A DNA stretch of 64,000 nt from Octopus sinensis (lineage: Eukaryota), in NCBI RefSeq assembly GCF_006345805.1, contig NC_043003.1, positions 76,508,001-76,572,000 of the forward strand, given 5' to 3'. Under the pieces are notes generated by a model that was not told the origin of the DNA, ran no database searches, and worked only from the letters and a program-made list of their open reading frames with translations. The translations under genes and the position numbers were made by a program. Positions 1 to 13,080 of the stretch are shown piece after piece (the stretch's first letter is position 1; each line of letters opens with the position of its first letter).

Positions 1-354
1 CATTTCAATATGGATGTTCCGTACGAATCAACGTTAGTACTATTCCTAACCCCAGGATGAAGCCTCCTCCAGCAGGGTTTTCGAAGCAATCTGCACCCGA
101 TGTATATTAAAAGTAGAGTGGCATATCTCTACCACCTTCCAGCTACGAAGACGGGACCACTAGAACACTAGGTTTCGAGCTATTTGTACTCTTTTTGGTG
201 GTGGACACCCGTCCTAAGAGGTGGCACAAATTGCTCCAGCTCGGAATGAATAGAAAAATAAGTGACAACAAGTCTAATATTGCAACAAGCAAAGCAGCTA
301 GTTCGTAAATCTCTATAAAAGATGAAATTAGTAATTATATGGAGAAGTAATTTT

Positions 355-596
355 TAATGCCACTTCAGGACGGCTGTTCCATAGCAATCGATCTTACTAC
401 CGTTTTTAACCCCAGGGGGAAGCCTCCCCCCAGCTAGTTATTGATGCAATCTGCACTCGATATATAATCTAAGTATGAGAATATTTACAATGCTGAATCC
501 CACCACTAAGAATGAGAACACATGTCTCAAGACCGGATGGTCTGATGGACCCGTCGTCGTCGTTGGAAGACGGTAGGGGGTTCACTCCCCCGCTTG

Positions 597-636
<40 letters not shown>

Positions 637-775
637 TACATATATATATATAATATATATATATATATACATATATCGGGTGCAGATTGCATCGATAACA
701 GCTCCTGGAGTGAAAAGCGGTAGTAACGTCGATCCCTGCGGGACAACCATGTTGGAGTGGAAGTAAACATTACTT
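355..775. repeat. Diverged inverted repeat pair (about 355-470 and 673-775); related copy at about 24-190
   Basis: 'ttactaccg(t/c)tttt..cc(c/t)cagg' and 'gttat(t/c)gatgcaatctgcac(t/c)cgatatat' occur at 355-470 and reverse-complemented at 673-775. Spacer contains (TA)n and a decayed hammerhead-like motif. Confidence 0.6.
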
Positions 776-858
776 CTCACTATAGCCGCTACTTTCATTT
801 CTGATAGAGATATTCTAACTAGAAGCTTTACTTGCTGGATATATATATATAAACGGAT

Positions 859-859
<1 letters not shown>

Positions 860-946
<87 letters not shown>
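860..946. repeat. (TG)n microsatellite
   Basis: Direct reading. Confidence 0.98.
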
Positions 947-949
<3 letters not shown>

Positions 950-1579
950 CGCTACACGCAGTGACTTGTCAATGACAAAATCAGTTTTGCATGCTGCGAA
1001 AACATGGTTTACTTTAGGTCTCACTTCAGCTGAAGTGGAGAATAAACGCTATTTTGGGTAGTATCAATTAATCAATTACAATATTTGTTGTTGATTGTTT
1101 TCTGCACATTTTATGAAAGCAACGCTGTATATTCTTTAAAATATTGCGTATTCTAAGATATGTACAGTTGTTCGAGGTGGATATTTTGTGGACATTTCGC
1201 CAGCTAGAAACAATAGTCTTCCGTGTCATACACTTCTGTCTTGAAAATAGAATAAGCTAAAACAATAAAACGCTGTTATAATTCGTAGCTTTGATTATAC
1301 ATTTACTTGATCAAGGGTGGTACGAGTATGAAAAACAAACTTGGAAACAGAAACAATAGTGATGACTGAAATGCGATGTAAAATCTGAACTTAGAGTTGC
1401 TACACTGGTGTCTGTTTTTTTTTAATGATTTCTTATTATCGTCAATTTTCCCTTCTAACTCTCTTACTAACTTATTTAGATGTTTGTTATACGAATGTAT
1501 TTAGAATGAAGGTAATAGATTGATATGTGGGGAACAGGATTTCATTAGAATGAATAATGAAAACGGTATATTATTCTTT

Positions 1580-1984
1580 CCTTCTCTAGCCACAAGGCCC
1601 GAAATTTTTGGGAAGGGGTCAATCGATTAGATCATCCCAGTACGCAACTGGTACTTAATTTATCGACTCTGAAATTTGAACCTCGGCGAAATTTGAACCT
1701 CGGCGAAATTTGAACCTCGGCGGAATTTGAACTCAGAACATAAAGACAGACGAAATACCTATTTCTTTACTAACCACAAGGGGCTAAACACAGAGAGGAC
1801 AAACAAGGACAGACAAACGGATTAAGTCGATTACATCGACCCCAGTACGAACTGGTACTTATTTATCAACCTCGAAAGGATGAAAGGCAAAGTGGAACTC
1901 GGCGGAATTTGAACTCAGAACGTAACGACAGACGAAATACCGCTAAGGATTTTGACGGCGTGCTAACGTTTCTGCCAGCTCGCC
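1580..1984 (-). mobile_element. SINE-like family A, two-module copy, with an internal 17-bp tandem repeat (gaaatttgaacctcggc x3 at 1671-1721)
   Basis: Reverse complement of 'gagctggcagaaacgttagcacgcc...ctgagttcaaattccgccgag', which recurs at 2231, 9045, 16360, 43435, 43820, 49020 and 50670. Confidence 0.8.
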
Positions 1985-2230
1985 ACCTTTAATAATAATG
2001 TTGTTCTTTAGCCCTAGGTCAGTCGTCTTGTACTCCATCTTTAATCAAAATAATTATCATCCTAGTTTTATCCCAGATATTCTAAGTTGAAATGACCCAA
2101 CAAGTATTCCCATTATTTAAGTTGAATTTCAAAAGGATTTAACTGTTGTTGCCTTCAAGAACATCGATTGATTTCTGCTGTTATTCATGTATCTGTACTT
2201 TTTGTCATTGTTTCCGTTGTTGTTTTTGAT

Positions 2231-2413
2231 CGAGCTGGCAGAATCGTTAGCACATAGCACTATTTCGCCCGTCCTCACATTCTGAGTTCAAAGTCCGCCG
2301 AGGTCGATTTTGCCTTTCGAATCGATAAAATAAGTACCAGTTGAACACTGGAGTCGATGTAATCGACTAGTCACCTACCTCCCAAAGTTCAGGCCTTGTG
2401 CCTATATTAAAAA
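2231..2413 (+). mobile_element. SINE-like family A copy
   Basis: Family motif gagctggcagaatcgttagc...ttctgagttcaaa...gtcgatgtaatcgact. Confidence 0.8.
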
Positions 2414-3308
2414 TGATTATTGTTGTTATGGTAACGGTGCTGCTGCTAGTAATGCTGGTGGTGATGAAGATGACGGTACGCGTGTCTACGAGTGTGTGTG
2501 CATGTGTGTGCCTGTTCTTTTTACCTTATTCTTGCTCTCATCCATATAGATCCAAAAGCCTATGGTAATTTGTGTTCTATCCATGACCATATTGTATTTG
2601 ACGCCTCTAAAAATGTATATAAAACTACACAAACTAACGTGTAGATATATATTTTTCAAGAGTGTCTGTTTTATTTTAGTAAATTTGAGCTCCTACTTCA
2701 AGCACTTTGAAGCAGCTTTGTTGGTTTCCTGTAATGTCAATTATGACGTACAGTCAATAGCGTTCCAGCTGTGAATATCACATTTCTTGTGATGACTTCG
2801 CCTTTTTCATAGCTATGAATTTATAGTAATAACATAACACTTTAACGGACAATGTTACACTTTTGAGACAGAGATATTAAATTAAATATAAATAATGGTA
2901 TAACGGCTTTTGCGTTTTATTTTCTTAGATCCACGCAGGAAGTTGGCTCCAAATAAATTACTCCAATCGTCATTTTTCGAAACGATTTCATAATTTCGAA
3001 ACGAGTTCAGTCTCCATGTGGGATTGTTCTAATCTCACAGGAGATTCCACAAAATTGTAAATAACAAACATTTAATCAATATATATGGATAAATTTTAAC
3101 GTTTTAATGTATCTTTTAGTTCCTTAAGCTATAAAGGACATCTTATCTACAAGGGGGTAAATAAGTTATGCCTTATTAAGTGGTAGGATGTCAAACAATC
3201 TTTGGAAACTCTTGATTGTGTTAAATATACAAACATAATATTTTCAAATGTACTGTCTAATACCGTGAAACCTCCACGGGTCCCGCTGCATTACAGTATG
3301 CACTAAGT

Positions 3309-3864
3309 ATACTCTCTCTCTCTTACTCTTTTACTTGTTTCAGTCATTTGACTGCGGCCATGCTGGAGCACCGCCTTTTTTTTAATCGAGCAAATCGAGC
3401 CCGGGACTTAATCTTTGTAAGCCCAATACTTATTCTATCGGTCTCTTTTGCCGAACCGCTAAGTGACGGGGATATAAACACACCAGCATCGGTTGTCAAG
3501 CAATGCTAGGGGGACAAACACAGACACACAAACATACACGCACACACACATATATATATATATATATACATATTTACGACGGGCGTCTTTCAAGTTCTGT
3601 CTACCAAATCCACCCACAAGGCTTTGGTCGGCCCGAGGCTATAGTAGAAGACATACTGTTAAAAATAAGCAACATAAGCAACATAACGGTACTGGAGCAC
3701 CGCCTTTTTTTTAATCGAGCAACTCGACCCCGGGACTTAATCTTTGTAAGCCCAGTACTTATTCTATCGGTCTCTTTTGCCGAACCGCTAAGTGACGGGG
3801 ATATAAACACACCAGCATCGGTTGTCAAGCAATGCTAGGGGGACAAACACAGACACACAAACAT

Positions 3865-3940
<76 letters not shown>

Positions 3941-4049
3941 CATATTTACGACGGGCGTCTTTCAGTTTCCGTCTACCAAATCCACTCACAAGGCTTTGGT
4001 CGGCCCGAGGCTGTAGTAGAAGACATACTGTTAAAAATAAGCAACATAA
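3309..4049 (-). mobile_element. tRNA-derived SINE family B, 5'-truncated and locally tandem-duplicated (3363-3689 / 3693-4049)
   Basis: Matches the full copy at 61492-61900; two near-identical units in tandem. Confidence 0.85.
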
Positions 4050-4544
4050 CAGGAGAAGACCCCCTCAGAAACTAAGAAAATGTAAACATTTATTAATATT
4101 CATACTTGAATTACATCTTTTAAATGGTTAAGGAAAATTTGGCTGTTATTTCTAGCTCGTCGATTCACCACCTAGACGCTCTTACGTTCGCCAGCATAAG
4201 CTTAATAAAAGTGGCACCAAACAGAAATGCATGTGACATTAGATTTCCGTTAGGTGTTTGTGCTGACGTGTACCGTGTAATGTACTGTAGTTGCTGCTAT
4301 TGATTCATCCGTTGTTATTAATTATATTTATCATAGAATTTCATTAGTGTTATGATGCAATTAGACAAATAATGTAGCGTCTGTTTCCCTTCCGGTCTTT
4401 TTTGTTTTGACAGGAAGTGTCACAGAGATAGACTCAGATTTCATATTGTTTCTGGAAAGAAAAACTTAAATGACATTGGTAAACGAAACAAATCAAATAA
4501 AGAAATAAACACCCGGAGAGATATTGGGAGACAGAAACGGAAAG

Positions 4545-4612
4545 AGAAAGAAAGAAAGAAAGAAAGAAAGAAAAAAAGAAAGAAAAGAAAGGAAAGATAG
4601 ATAGAAAGGAAA

Positions 4613-4671
<59 letters not shown>

Positions 4672-4681
4672 CATAGGTAAG

Positions 4682-4723
<42 letters not shown>

Positions 4724-4733
4724 CATAGGTAAG

Positions 4734-4809
<76 letters not shown>

Positions 4810-4930
4810 AAGAAAGAAAGCAAGAAAGAAAGAAAGAAAGAAAAGAAAGAAAGCAAGAAAGAAAGAAATAAAGAATAGATAGAAAGGAAGATAGATAGAT
4901 AGATATATACATACATACATAGGAAAAGAA
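4545..4930. repeat. Compound (GAAA)n/(GATA)n/(GA)n microsatellite
   Basis: Direct reading. Confidence 0.95.
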
Positions 4931-5189
4931 AGAAAGAAAGTGGGATTCGAGAAAGAAGGAGTAAAAGGAAGGAAGGAGGGAATGACAGGAAGAAACAAAC
5001 TAAGGGGGGCAAGGCAGAGACAAACAGACAGAAAGAACAAACATAAAGAACCAAACAAAGAGACTGTGTGAGAAAGAAAAGAAACAATAGAAGAAAGTAT
5101 AAATAAAGGAAGAAGAATGTACAGCCAGCCATTGTTTGGCGATGAATATCATTTGGTTACATATACCATGTGTTCATTAATTTTTTCAG

Positions 5190-5280
5190 ATGCCGATGCA
5201 GCCGCCAGCAGACATAGCCACTCACTCAGCTCTCTTAAACTTGACTCGATGGAGCATCCGACATGTAACAGCTGGAGAGA
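5190..5280 (+). CDS. Candidate 91-bp exon of an unidentified gene
   Basis: Acceptor ttttttcag and donor gtgagt; GC-richer than flanks; two frames open (MPMQPPADIATHSALLNLTRWSIRHVTAGE or ADAAASRHSHSLSSLKLDSMEHPTCNSWR). No homology recognised. Confidence 0.4.
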
Positions 5281-5589
5281 GTGAGTTGTGAGAGAAGGAA
5301 AGGAGGGTCTTCATTACGACTGAGTTGTTGGGTGTGAGAATTGAACCCGCAGGCTTTATGGTCATGAATCGAAAGCTCTAGCTTGGTTACGTACATCTAA
5401 AAGCGAAGAGAGGAGAGACAAAAAAAGAAAGAAAAGAAACAGAAGAATAAAAAGCTGTAGAAAACGTAAAACGAGAACGCAAGAATAACAGGAAAGAAAT
5501 GGACTGTTAGTGTAAGAGCTAGAAAGAGAGAAATGGAAAATAAAATATGATACGCATTAATGAGGAAGAGAAGGAAGAGAAGGAGAGGA

Positions 5590-5695
5590 GCCGAGAAGAA
5601 GGAGAAGAAGAAGAAGTAGAAGAAGAAGAAGAAGAAGAAGAAGAAGATGATGATGAGGAGGATGAAGATGATGATGATGATGATGACGATGATGT

Positions 5696-5731
<36 letters not shown>

Positions 5732-5835
5732 CGGTGATGGTGATGATAGTGATGATGATGATGATGATGACGGTGATGGTGATGATGGTGATGATGAGGA
5801 TGACGATGATGATGATGATGATGACGATGATGTAG
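5590..5835. repeat. Compound (GAA)n/(GAT)n trinucleotide tract
   Basis: Direct reading; a similar GAA-GAT-TAA tract lies at about 33400-33895. Confidence 0.95.
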
Positions 5836-7315
5836 AACAACAATAACGACGACAACTGCAACAACAAAATAATGCGGTGAGAAAAGAAAAAGGAAAGAAA
5901 CGGACGGAAGGAAGGAATAAGAAATAATGTTACGTAAGAATGAAGAAAATAATCTCAGAGAAATAAAGTTGACATAAATTAATAAAAGAATGAATGAATG
6001 GTTTGCGGAGAAGGAAACAGGAAGAAAGAAGGAAGAACACAAATGTAGAAATTAAGAAATGAAAAGTAACTAGGGAAGAAGAAAAAAAAGAGTAATTTAT
6101 GTGGAGACCATAAAATTGACATTTCCAGGAGAAATGAAATGAGAATGGGGAATCTGTGGTGTTCAGGTTTTCCCTCTAGGTTTGTTGTTTATGAGAGATA
6201 TTAGTGATAAAAGGTTGTTTACGGCGATTCAAAACGTGACCATATAATCAATATTGCTAACCTTACCTTTATGCAGCTGGTTACTGTTTTATTTATTTTT
6301 TTCAAAAAAGGAAGAAAAAATTCCATTTTATGCAAGTGAGATGAATGGAGTCAAATAATCAACCTTTGCTAATGAAAGATATCAATCAATTGGTAATTAG
6401 CTCGATTGACTTTTGAGCGGGGAATATTCATCCAGAAAAAAAGAAATGTCGAGCATGTTTAAATGCATAGGGCGAAGGAGAACTTACATCGTCACTGTCA
6501 CCAACCTAACGGATAGAAACCAGCGATGGAGACGCCATACGCTTGATCAAACAAATTGCAGCCAATTTTTCTTAAAAATTACGAACTTAAAACAGAACAC
6601 GTTGTGTAATATTGTGTAAAATATGTGTATCTCGACATAAGATAGATTGCTAGGCCTGAACCAGTTCTAATTATTGTTCCACTAGTTCAAAGATAGTCTT
6701 GCAACATAAATAAAAAAAACACCAATAAGAAAATGTACATAGCATTTTATTGCACACTTATCAACAAACACACATTCACAAAGGCACATGCACACACACA
6801 CACACACAAAAAAAAACAGAGGCGCACGCGTACTCTCACGAGTGTGCATACTTATCACTGTCAAGTCAGGTGAGTTGTTTGATATTTATGTGGTAGTTCT
6901 TTCATTTACCCCGACGTGATTTGAACTTAAAACGCAACTAAATGTTGCAATCAATATTAGCCGACTCTCAACTTTATTCTCTCCACAGCTCTGCATCGCT
7001 CTGAGAAATATATATTGATTGCTAAGTTGGCAAGAAGCCACACATAGATAGACAAGCCTAATAATCAATTAACTGTTGACATGCACAAGATTTCTATGCT
7101 CTGCTACAGAGTACATCTATAGATTTTTACCTGGTATGACATTTTGCCAGTATGTGTGGGAAGATGGCTGAGATGATGGTCAAAGTCGTCGCTGTCGAGA
7201 TGCGAATTCGAAGCGTGAAAGTAAATAAGTGTAGTATTACGCCTGGACAGGCATTCTAGTTTTTCTATAATCTTACCTCATTCACTCCGTCCTTACCGCA
7301 GGAAGTCAACGAAAG

Positions 7316-7439
7316 ACTGCTGATTTTCTTGAGACGTACTCTTCCCTATATTAAGACACTGCTGATTTTCTTGAGACGTACTCTTCCCTATATTAGGACA
7401 CTGCTGATTTTCTTGACACGTACCCTTCCCTATATTAAG
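7316..7439. repeat. 42-bp minisatellite, about 3 copies
   Basis: actgctgattttcttgagacgtactcttccctatattaagac repeated head-to-tail with few substitutions. Confidence 0.95.
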
Positions 7440-8372
7440 TAATCAGTTTGTTACGACTCAATGTCTCGCCATTGTTGTATCAGAACGGCACCCCTTATAA
7501 CGTTTTTGATATCAAATGTGGCCAAATAATGTTATTTGCACTTACCTTGTGTTTAGTAGATCAAGAGGATTGGCAACATTGTCCACAATGTATGCGTCAA
7601 TATTGCAGACCGACCAAATAAAATACAATAGACACTATGGTCGCCACAACTCTTGACTGCTTTACGGTTCGCCATAATTCATCGATTAGCAATTTCATAT
7701 CGCAGGCCTCGAAACCAATGTAAAAGTCAATGGCTTCGCCAGTTGCATACTATGAAAGCCTAAAAATCCTCCATGGATGTAGCGCGGCACCGAGAGGTTT
7801 CTGCCAAACCAGCATTAAAATAGTATTATCTAATATGAGAAACACAGCCACACATTTTCCAGACAAGAAAAAGGGGGAGTATAACTGGTATTCGAATGTT
7901 AATCTCAACAGCAACTACAGAATATAAGATGATATGACAAAATGCCATACAGCCAGTACTCTACTACTTTGAATAGTATCATCAAGACCACGTGAAAGTG
8001 AATGTCTCTTTAGAGCCTTCCGTACATATAGCTAAATGACACAGGATGGCACTACGGATAAATTATCATAACTCATCCGTACCGTTGTATGTATTAAATA
8101 TTTACTAGTTGACAGTTCGAAAAGTAGGTAGCATTACTCTATTCTCACTGCTGCATATGACCACATGCTGAAAGCCGAACTAAATCGTCTAATGCTGTTC
8201 TTATTTGTTGTCCGGAATGAGATACCATCAGAGTTGAAATGACAGTTTGCGATGTTTATCTAGATTTCTATACATAGCCCATTCTGGACAACTTTCTCCA
8301 AAGTGTCATTTTTAAGAATATGTAGTGACATATCTGCTCTCTCTCCCTCTTTCTCCCTCTCTCTCTATCTCT

Positions 8373-8427
<55 letters not shown>

Positions 8428-8580
8428 TCTCATGCAAGATGATCGACAACAGATGACTCAACTCGTAGACCCCCACCTGCTCTGAATTGAAAAGATACAT
8501 AGTACATCTAACAGGATTTTTGACACTAAATACAATGAAGACAAACTGAATAATTATGTATTTTACTCAACTCGCTACAG

Positions 8581-8610
8581 CTTTGGCTATTCTGGCTAAC
8601 TCTCTAGCAG
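8581..8610 (+). CDS. Candidate 30-bp phase-1 microexon (LAILANSLA)
   Basis: ttttactcaactcgctacag|...GCAG|gtacta; only one frame is open. Confidence 0.25.
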
Positions 8611-9041
8611 GTACTAATCAAAATCTAATCAATATCAAATTATTGGAATGATGCGGCGAGCAGTGTTGTGGAAGAAATAAGTTACCAGACGTCCATATCC
8701 GCTATTCCGCTTCCAATTTCTGATTGAAGCCATTTGAAAAATATTTTTAATCACTAGCGAAAGTTGCAGTTACAAAGTGAAACCTGCAATCATTATTAAT
8801 TCAAATAGAATGCTGTTGTTGTTAATGTGTATATGCATATGCGTTCGTGTGTGTGCATGTGTATACCTACACACTCATCTGTACGTATAGATCTGTGTGT
8901 GTGTGTGTGTGGTGAGATGTATAGTATCGGTTAGAACATTGGGTACATTATTTTAAATCATGCGTTCGATTCTTGGAACAACGAATCGTTATGTCCTTGA
9001 GTAAGGCACTTTATTTCACCTTGCTCCAATATACTGAAGCA

Positions 9042-9631
9042 GTAAGGCGGCAAGCTGGCAGAAACGTTAGCACGCTGGGCGAAATGCTCAGCAGTATTTC
9101 GTCTGCGGTTACATTCTGAGTTCAAATTCCGCCGAGGACGACTTTGCCTTTCATCGTTTCGGGGTCGATTAAATAAGTACCAGTTACGCACTGGGGTCGA
9201 TATGATCGACTTAATCCGTTTGTTTGTCCTTGTTTGTCCTCTCTTTGTTTAGCCCCTTGTGGGTAGTAAAGAAATAGATATTTCGTCTGACGCTACGTTC
9301 TGAGTTCAAATTCCGCCGAGGTTGACTTTGAAGTTCATCCTTTCAGGGTCGGTGAAATAAGTACCAGTTACGCACTGGGGTCAATGTAATCAACCTAATC
9401 CGTTTGTCTGTTCTTGTTTGTTCCCTCGATGTGTAGCCCCTTGTGGGAAGTAAAAATATAGAAATATGTATTTCGTCTGTCCTCATGTTCTGAGTTCAAA
9501 TTCTGCCGAGGTCGACTTTGCTTTTAATCCTTTCGGGGTAGATAAATTAAGCAACAGTTGCATACTGGAGTCGATCTAATCGACTGGCCTTCTCTCCCAA
9601 AATTTCGGGTTTTGTGCCTAGAGTAGAAAAG
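9042..9631 (+). mobile_element. SINE-like family A, three-module copy flanked by a 14-bp TSD
   Basis: aatatactgaagca at 9028-9041 and 9632-9645; three internal repeats of the ctgagttcaaatt...ggggtc module. Confidence 0.85.
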
Positions 9632-10068
9632 AATATACTGAAGCACTGTCTCTGACACCAGTGTCATATTGTCGATGTTCCACTAGATAGATGGCCAAGA
9701 GGATTACTAAAGACAGCTGAAACAATTAGCGAAAGTATGGCATATACTACCGGATCATATTCGCTAACGTGTGACATGTATGATTTTTAGAAGAGCGTAG
9801 ACTCGAAAGCGCAAAAACTTCCTCCATTCTTCATTAGCGTCAAAATAATACATCCTGTTTTTCGTGTATTCATCTGGATCAGTGTTCTGCATATTTTTTG
9901 TACATACATACATACATACATACACACACACATACATACATACATACATACATACACATATCTTGTCCCGTACTTGTCTCTCAACTACGGAGGGGTTAGA
10001 CTTCTTTTTGTTATTTTGTCCCGTACTTTTCTCTATTTATGTGTTTACGTACTTTTCACTCACTGGTG

Positions 10069-10133
<65 letters not shown>

Positions 10134-10134
10134 G

Positions 10135-10320
10135 TGGGAAATTCGCAAAAATACAATAGACGAAGACGGGTCGTGTAGACAACAAACAGATGTATTAGTA
10201 TAACGCTCGGGAAGTAAAAAAAAGTCTTTAACGTTTCGAGCCTACGCTCTTCCACAGAAAGGAACATAGAAAGAAACAAGGAGAGAAATTAAGAATGTGA
10301 AGTGGCTAGCGATCTAATAA
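10135..10320 (-). mobile_element. Penelope-like terminal repeat (pLTR) fragment with a variant hammerhead motif at 10226-10261
   Basis: Homologous to 57560-57755. Minus strand reads cttt-CTGTGGA-a-gagc gtag gctc-GAAA-cgtt-aaag. PLE assignment is inferred from the motif. Confidence 0.55.
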
Positions 10321-11131
10321 CCGGGTGTTTCAGTTCACATCACAATCATGAGGTAATGTATTCACGTTTACGTTGTAGTATTTTGGGCGGCTGTAGTTTT
10401 CTAAAGCATCCCATCCATATCTTTTGGTGGCATCATTTTAGACATCTGTCGGTTAGATTGGACCTGCAATTCAAAGGTCTAATAATATTCCATTTTTTTA
10501 GTTTGGTTCTATTTATGTTTCACATTATAGGTATGCATGTCTTTAGAATACTCAGCCACTTGGATCCAAACTCGGTATTTGCCCTCTCCTATTTGGAAAT
10601 CCTCTCCGAGTTCCATATGCACACACTCAAACGCACACTCACGCATACATATATCCACACTCTCATAAATATATGTGTAGGGTGGTATGTCTGTGTGTGC
10701 TTAGGTGCGTGCGTATATCGTCTTATATGCTTCTATACGTTTCAGTCGGAAATCGGTGGTCATGCTGGAGCACTGCCAGTATGTATGTATATATTGGTAG
10801 GGTGTATTTATGTTTATTGATATATTTTTTTATGCATATAGATGCTCATAAAAGCAACTAATACAACCAAAAATTCAATTAAAGAGCGGTCGAGTGGAGA
10901 TATTTTTTCCTTCAGATCTATTCATCATATGAACACACAAATGCCTGTAACGAAAATCTAGCTAGCTAGCTATTTATCTATCGATCAATCTATCTATCTT
11001 TTTATCTGTCTATCTATCTATCTATCTATTATTTTATTATATTATTTTATTTTATTTTATTATATTATCTTGTATCATTATAAGATTATAAATAAAACGT
11101 GAAAATCAGACAAGGTTGGAATTCCTTTTAT

Positions 11132-11186
<55 letters not shown>

Positions 11187-12571
11187 TTGTGTGAGTGTGT
11201 GTGTGTGTGTGTGTGTATACTATGTGATGGAGGTATCAGGTCGATTTTATACATTAGAACTTTTTCTATCACATATTTATAAAATAGATAACTGAAAGTT
11301 ATATATCATTTAGAAATATGTCTCAATGAATATTTCAGTATAATCTGTGCGAAAAATCAGGAACATTGAAAAAGTTCTGCTAAATATAGAGTAAATGCCA
11401 CAATTAATTATGTACATATATGTACATATATGTACAGATTTTAATAATTATTAAAATGTAAATAATGCTCACATCACGCGCACAAACACACACACACACA
11501 CACACACACCGAAAAGCAAACTCGGTTACAAGTTTCGATTTTCTTGTATTTTCAGAAAACTTGTACGAATTTATGTTCTGTGCATTCTATCTCGTGCGAT
11601 TATGCAATTTTTCCCCTCATCCCTGCACATACAGCCTGATATTTCGACTTTCTTTTTCGATTTTATTTTTAATCATAGTCTTAAAATACAGATAGTCCGC
11701 ATCTGCCATTTGTTCCTATTTATAACTTCAAGATAATTTTGAAATCCTTTGAAATCCGAATTCAAAACGTTAACAAAATCCGTGCATGCGCACGGCCTAA
11801 TATGGTTTATGGATCAAAGCACGCCATGTAACTGGTCATAACATTTTTAGAATTAAGTATTTTCAGAATTTTTTTTTGCGAATTTGTGTTCTACAAATAT
11901 TATCTCATACGATGAAGCAAAATAAAAATGTTTGTAGCTTAAATTTTTAACCCATCGGTCCTTTACTCCAATTCCAAATTTGAAATTCTTTTCGAAAAAT
12001 AATCTAATCAACGTTTTAAAATATGGACATTTGTGTCCTTTTGTTCCTCTCAAAATAAAATTTGAAAAGTTGAACTATAATTTCGCGCAAGAGCACATTT
12101 TATTTGATCCGCACCAAACGAGTCCACGTGTGTATATGTGTGTGTGTGAGAATGAGAGAGACTGAGAGAGAGAGAGAGAGAGAGAGAGTGAGAGAGAGAG
12201 AGAGTGAGAGAGAGTGAGAAAGAGAGAGAGAGAAAGAGAGAGAAAGAATATTCACAAGCAGAAAAGTTTACTAGTAACATAAATCATCTTTTACATACCT
12301 TCTTTAAATCACTGTGGATAAACCCCCGCAATGTGTTCTATAATATATTTTGTAACTAGTCCTGATATACACTTAAATTATCCCTTCATCCTCAGATAAA
12401 TCAAGAGAATATCACAATTGAACTCAAATTTGGAAGTATGCATTTCATCTGAAAGTTGGAAGCAACAAATTTTAATATTATTTATTCTTTCAAAAGGCCT
12501 TCGCCAAGAGTTGATTTGTGGAACCAATTGCAAGGTACTTATTTTTCCATATTTTTAAGGAAAATAATTTA

Positions 12572-13080
12572 ATGGCAGAAAAGAAATATTGTGTTTGCCG
12601 CTGTCAAATGCCGATACAGCCATTCTAGAGTGCAATAGACGGAGATGTTTGGTATTGCCGCAATTTTAAAAACACGAGAGGATAACTTTATTGAAGGCAG
12701 TTACTTGACGGTGTGTTCACTATTCCATATTATATTCGACTTCATCTCTGAACTGACAATGAACCGGTTGTATATCCATAAATAATATTAGTAGAGACAC
12801 AGTCATTCAGTGGTATAAATACTGCAGTACGATACTTACACAGAAATCGATGAAAAATACTCGAAAAATTAGGTGGCCCAAACCATATAGTCCAAGTGTA
12901 TGAAAAAAATTGGTGAAGGAATTGTGGGTTATCGGACTTTATGATAATATAGAAAAGAAAGTTTACCTGCAACTTGTTCTCGATAGAAATGCCGAAACAC
13001 TAAAGCGGTTATTACTGAAAATGTGGAAGCAGTTTTGAAAATGTTCACAGATATGTAGCGAAGTTATACCGATGTATTAA
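12572..13080 (+). pseudogene. Merlin (IS1016/IS1595-like DDE) transposase relic
   Basis: Frameshifted translation: CRCQM...DGDVWYCR; FIEGSYL; NISRDTVIQWYKYC; KLGGPNHIVQVYE; VIGLYDNIEKKVYLQLVLDRNAETLKRFITENV; MFTDM*RSY. This matches the Merlin/ISXO2-like motif order. Confidence 0.8.

Noticed and set aside
2929-3056. Exon-like segment; one frame reads DPRRKLAPNKLLQSSFF, vaguely like kinase subdomain XI
   Set aside because: That frame stops immediately, lacks the conserved Arg position, and no other kinase exons were found
5547-5846. Acidic D/E-rich 99-aa ORF (a similar one at 33366-33560)
   Set aside because: Compound GAA/GAT microsatellite open in several frames, with no splice or domain support
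6430-6520. KKKCRAC resembling a piggyBac C-terminal Cys-rich motif
   Set aside because: Too short, the frame breaks, and no TTAA termini or DDD core were found
7316-7439. 42-bp repeats as a possible CRISPR array
   Set aside because: No unique spacers, no cas genes, eukaryotic context
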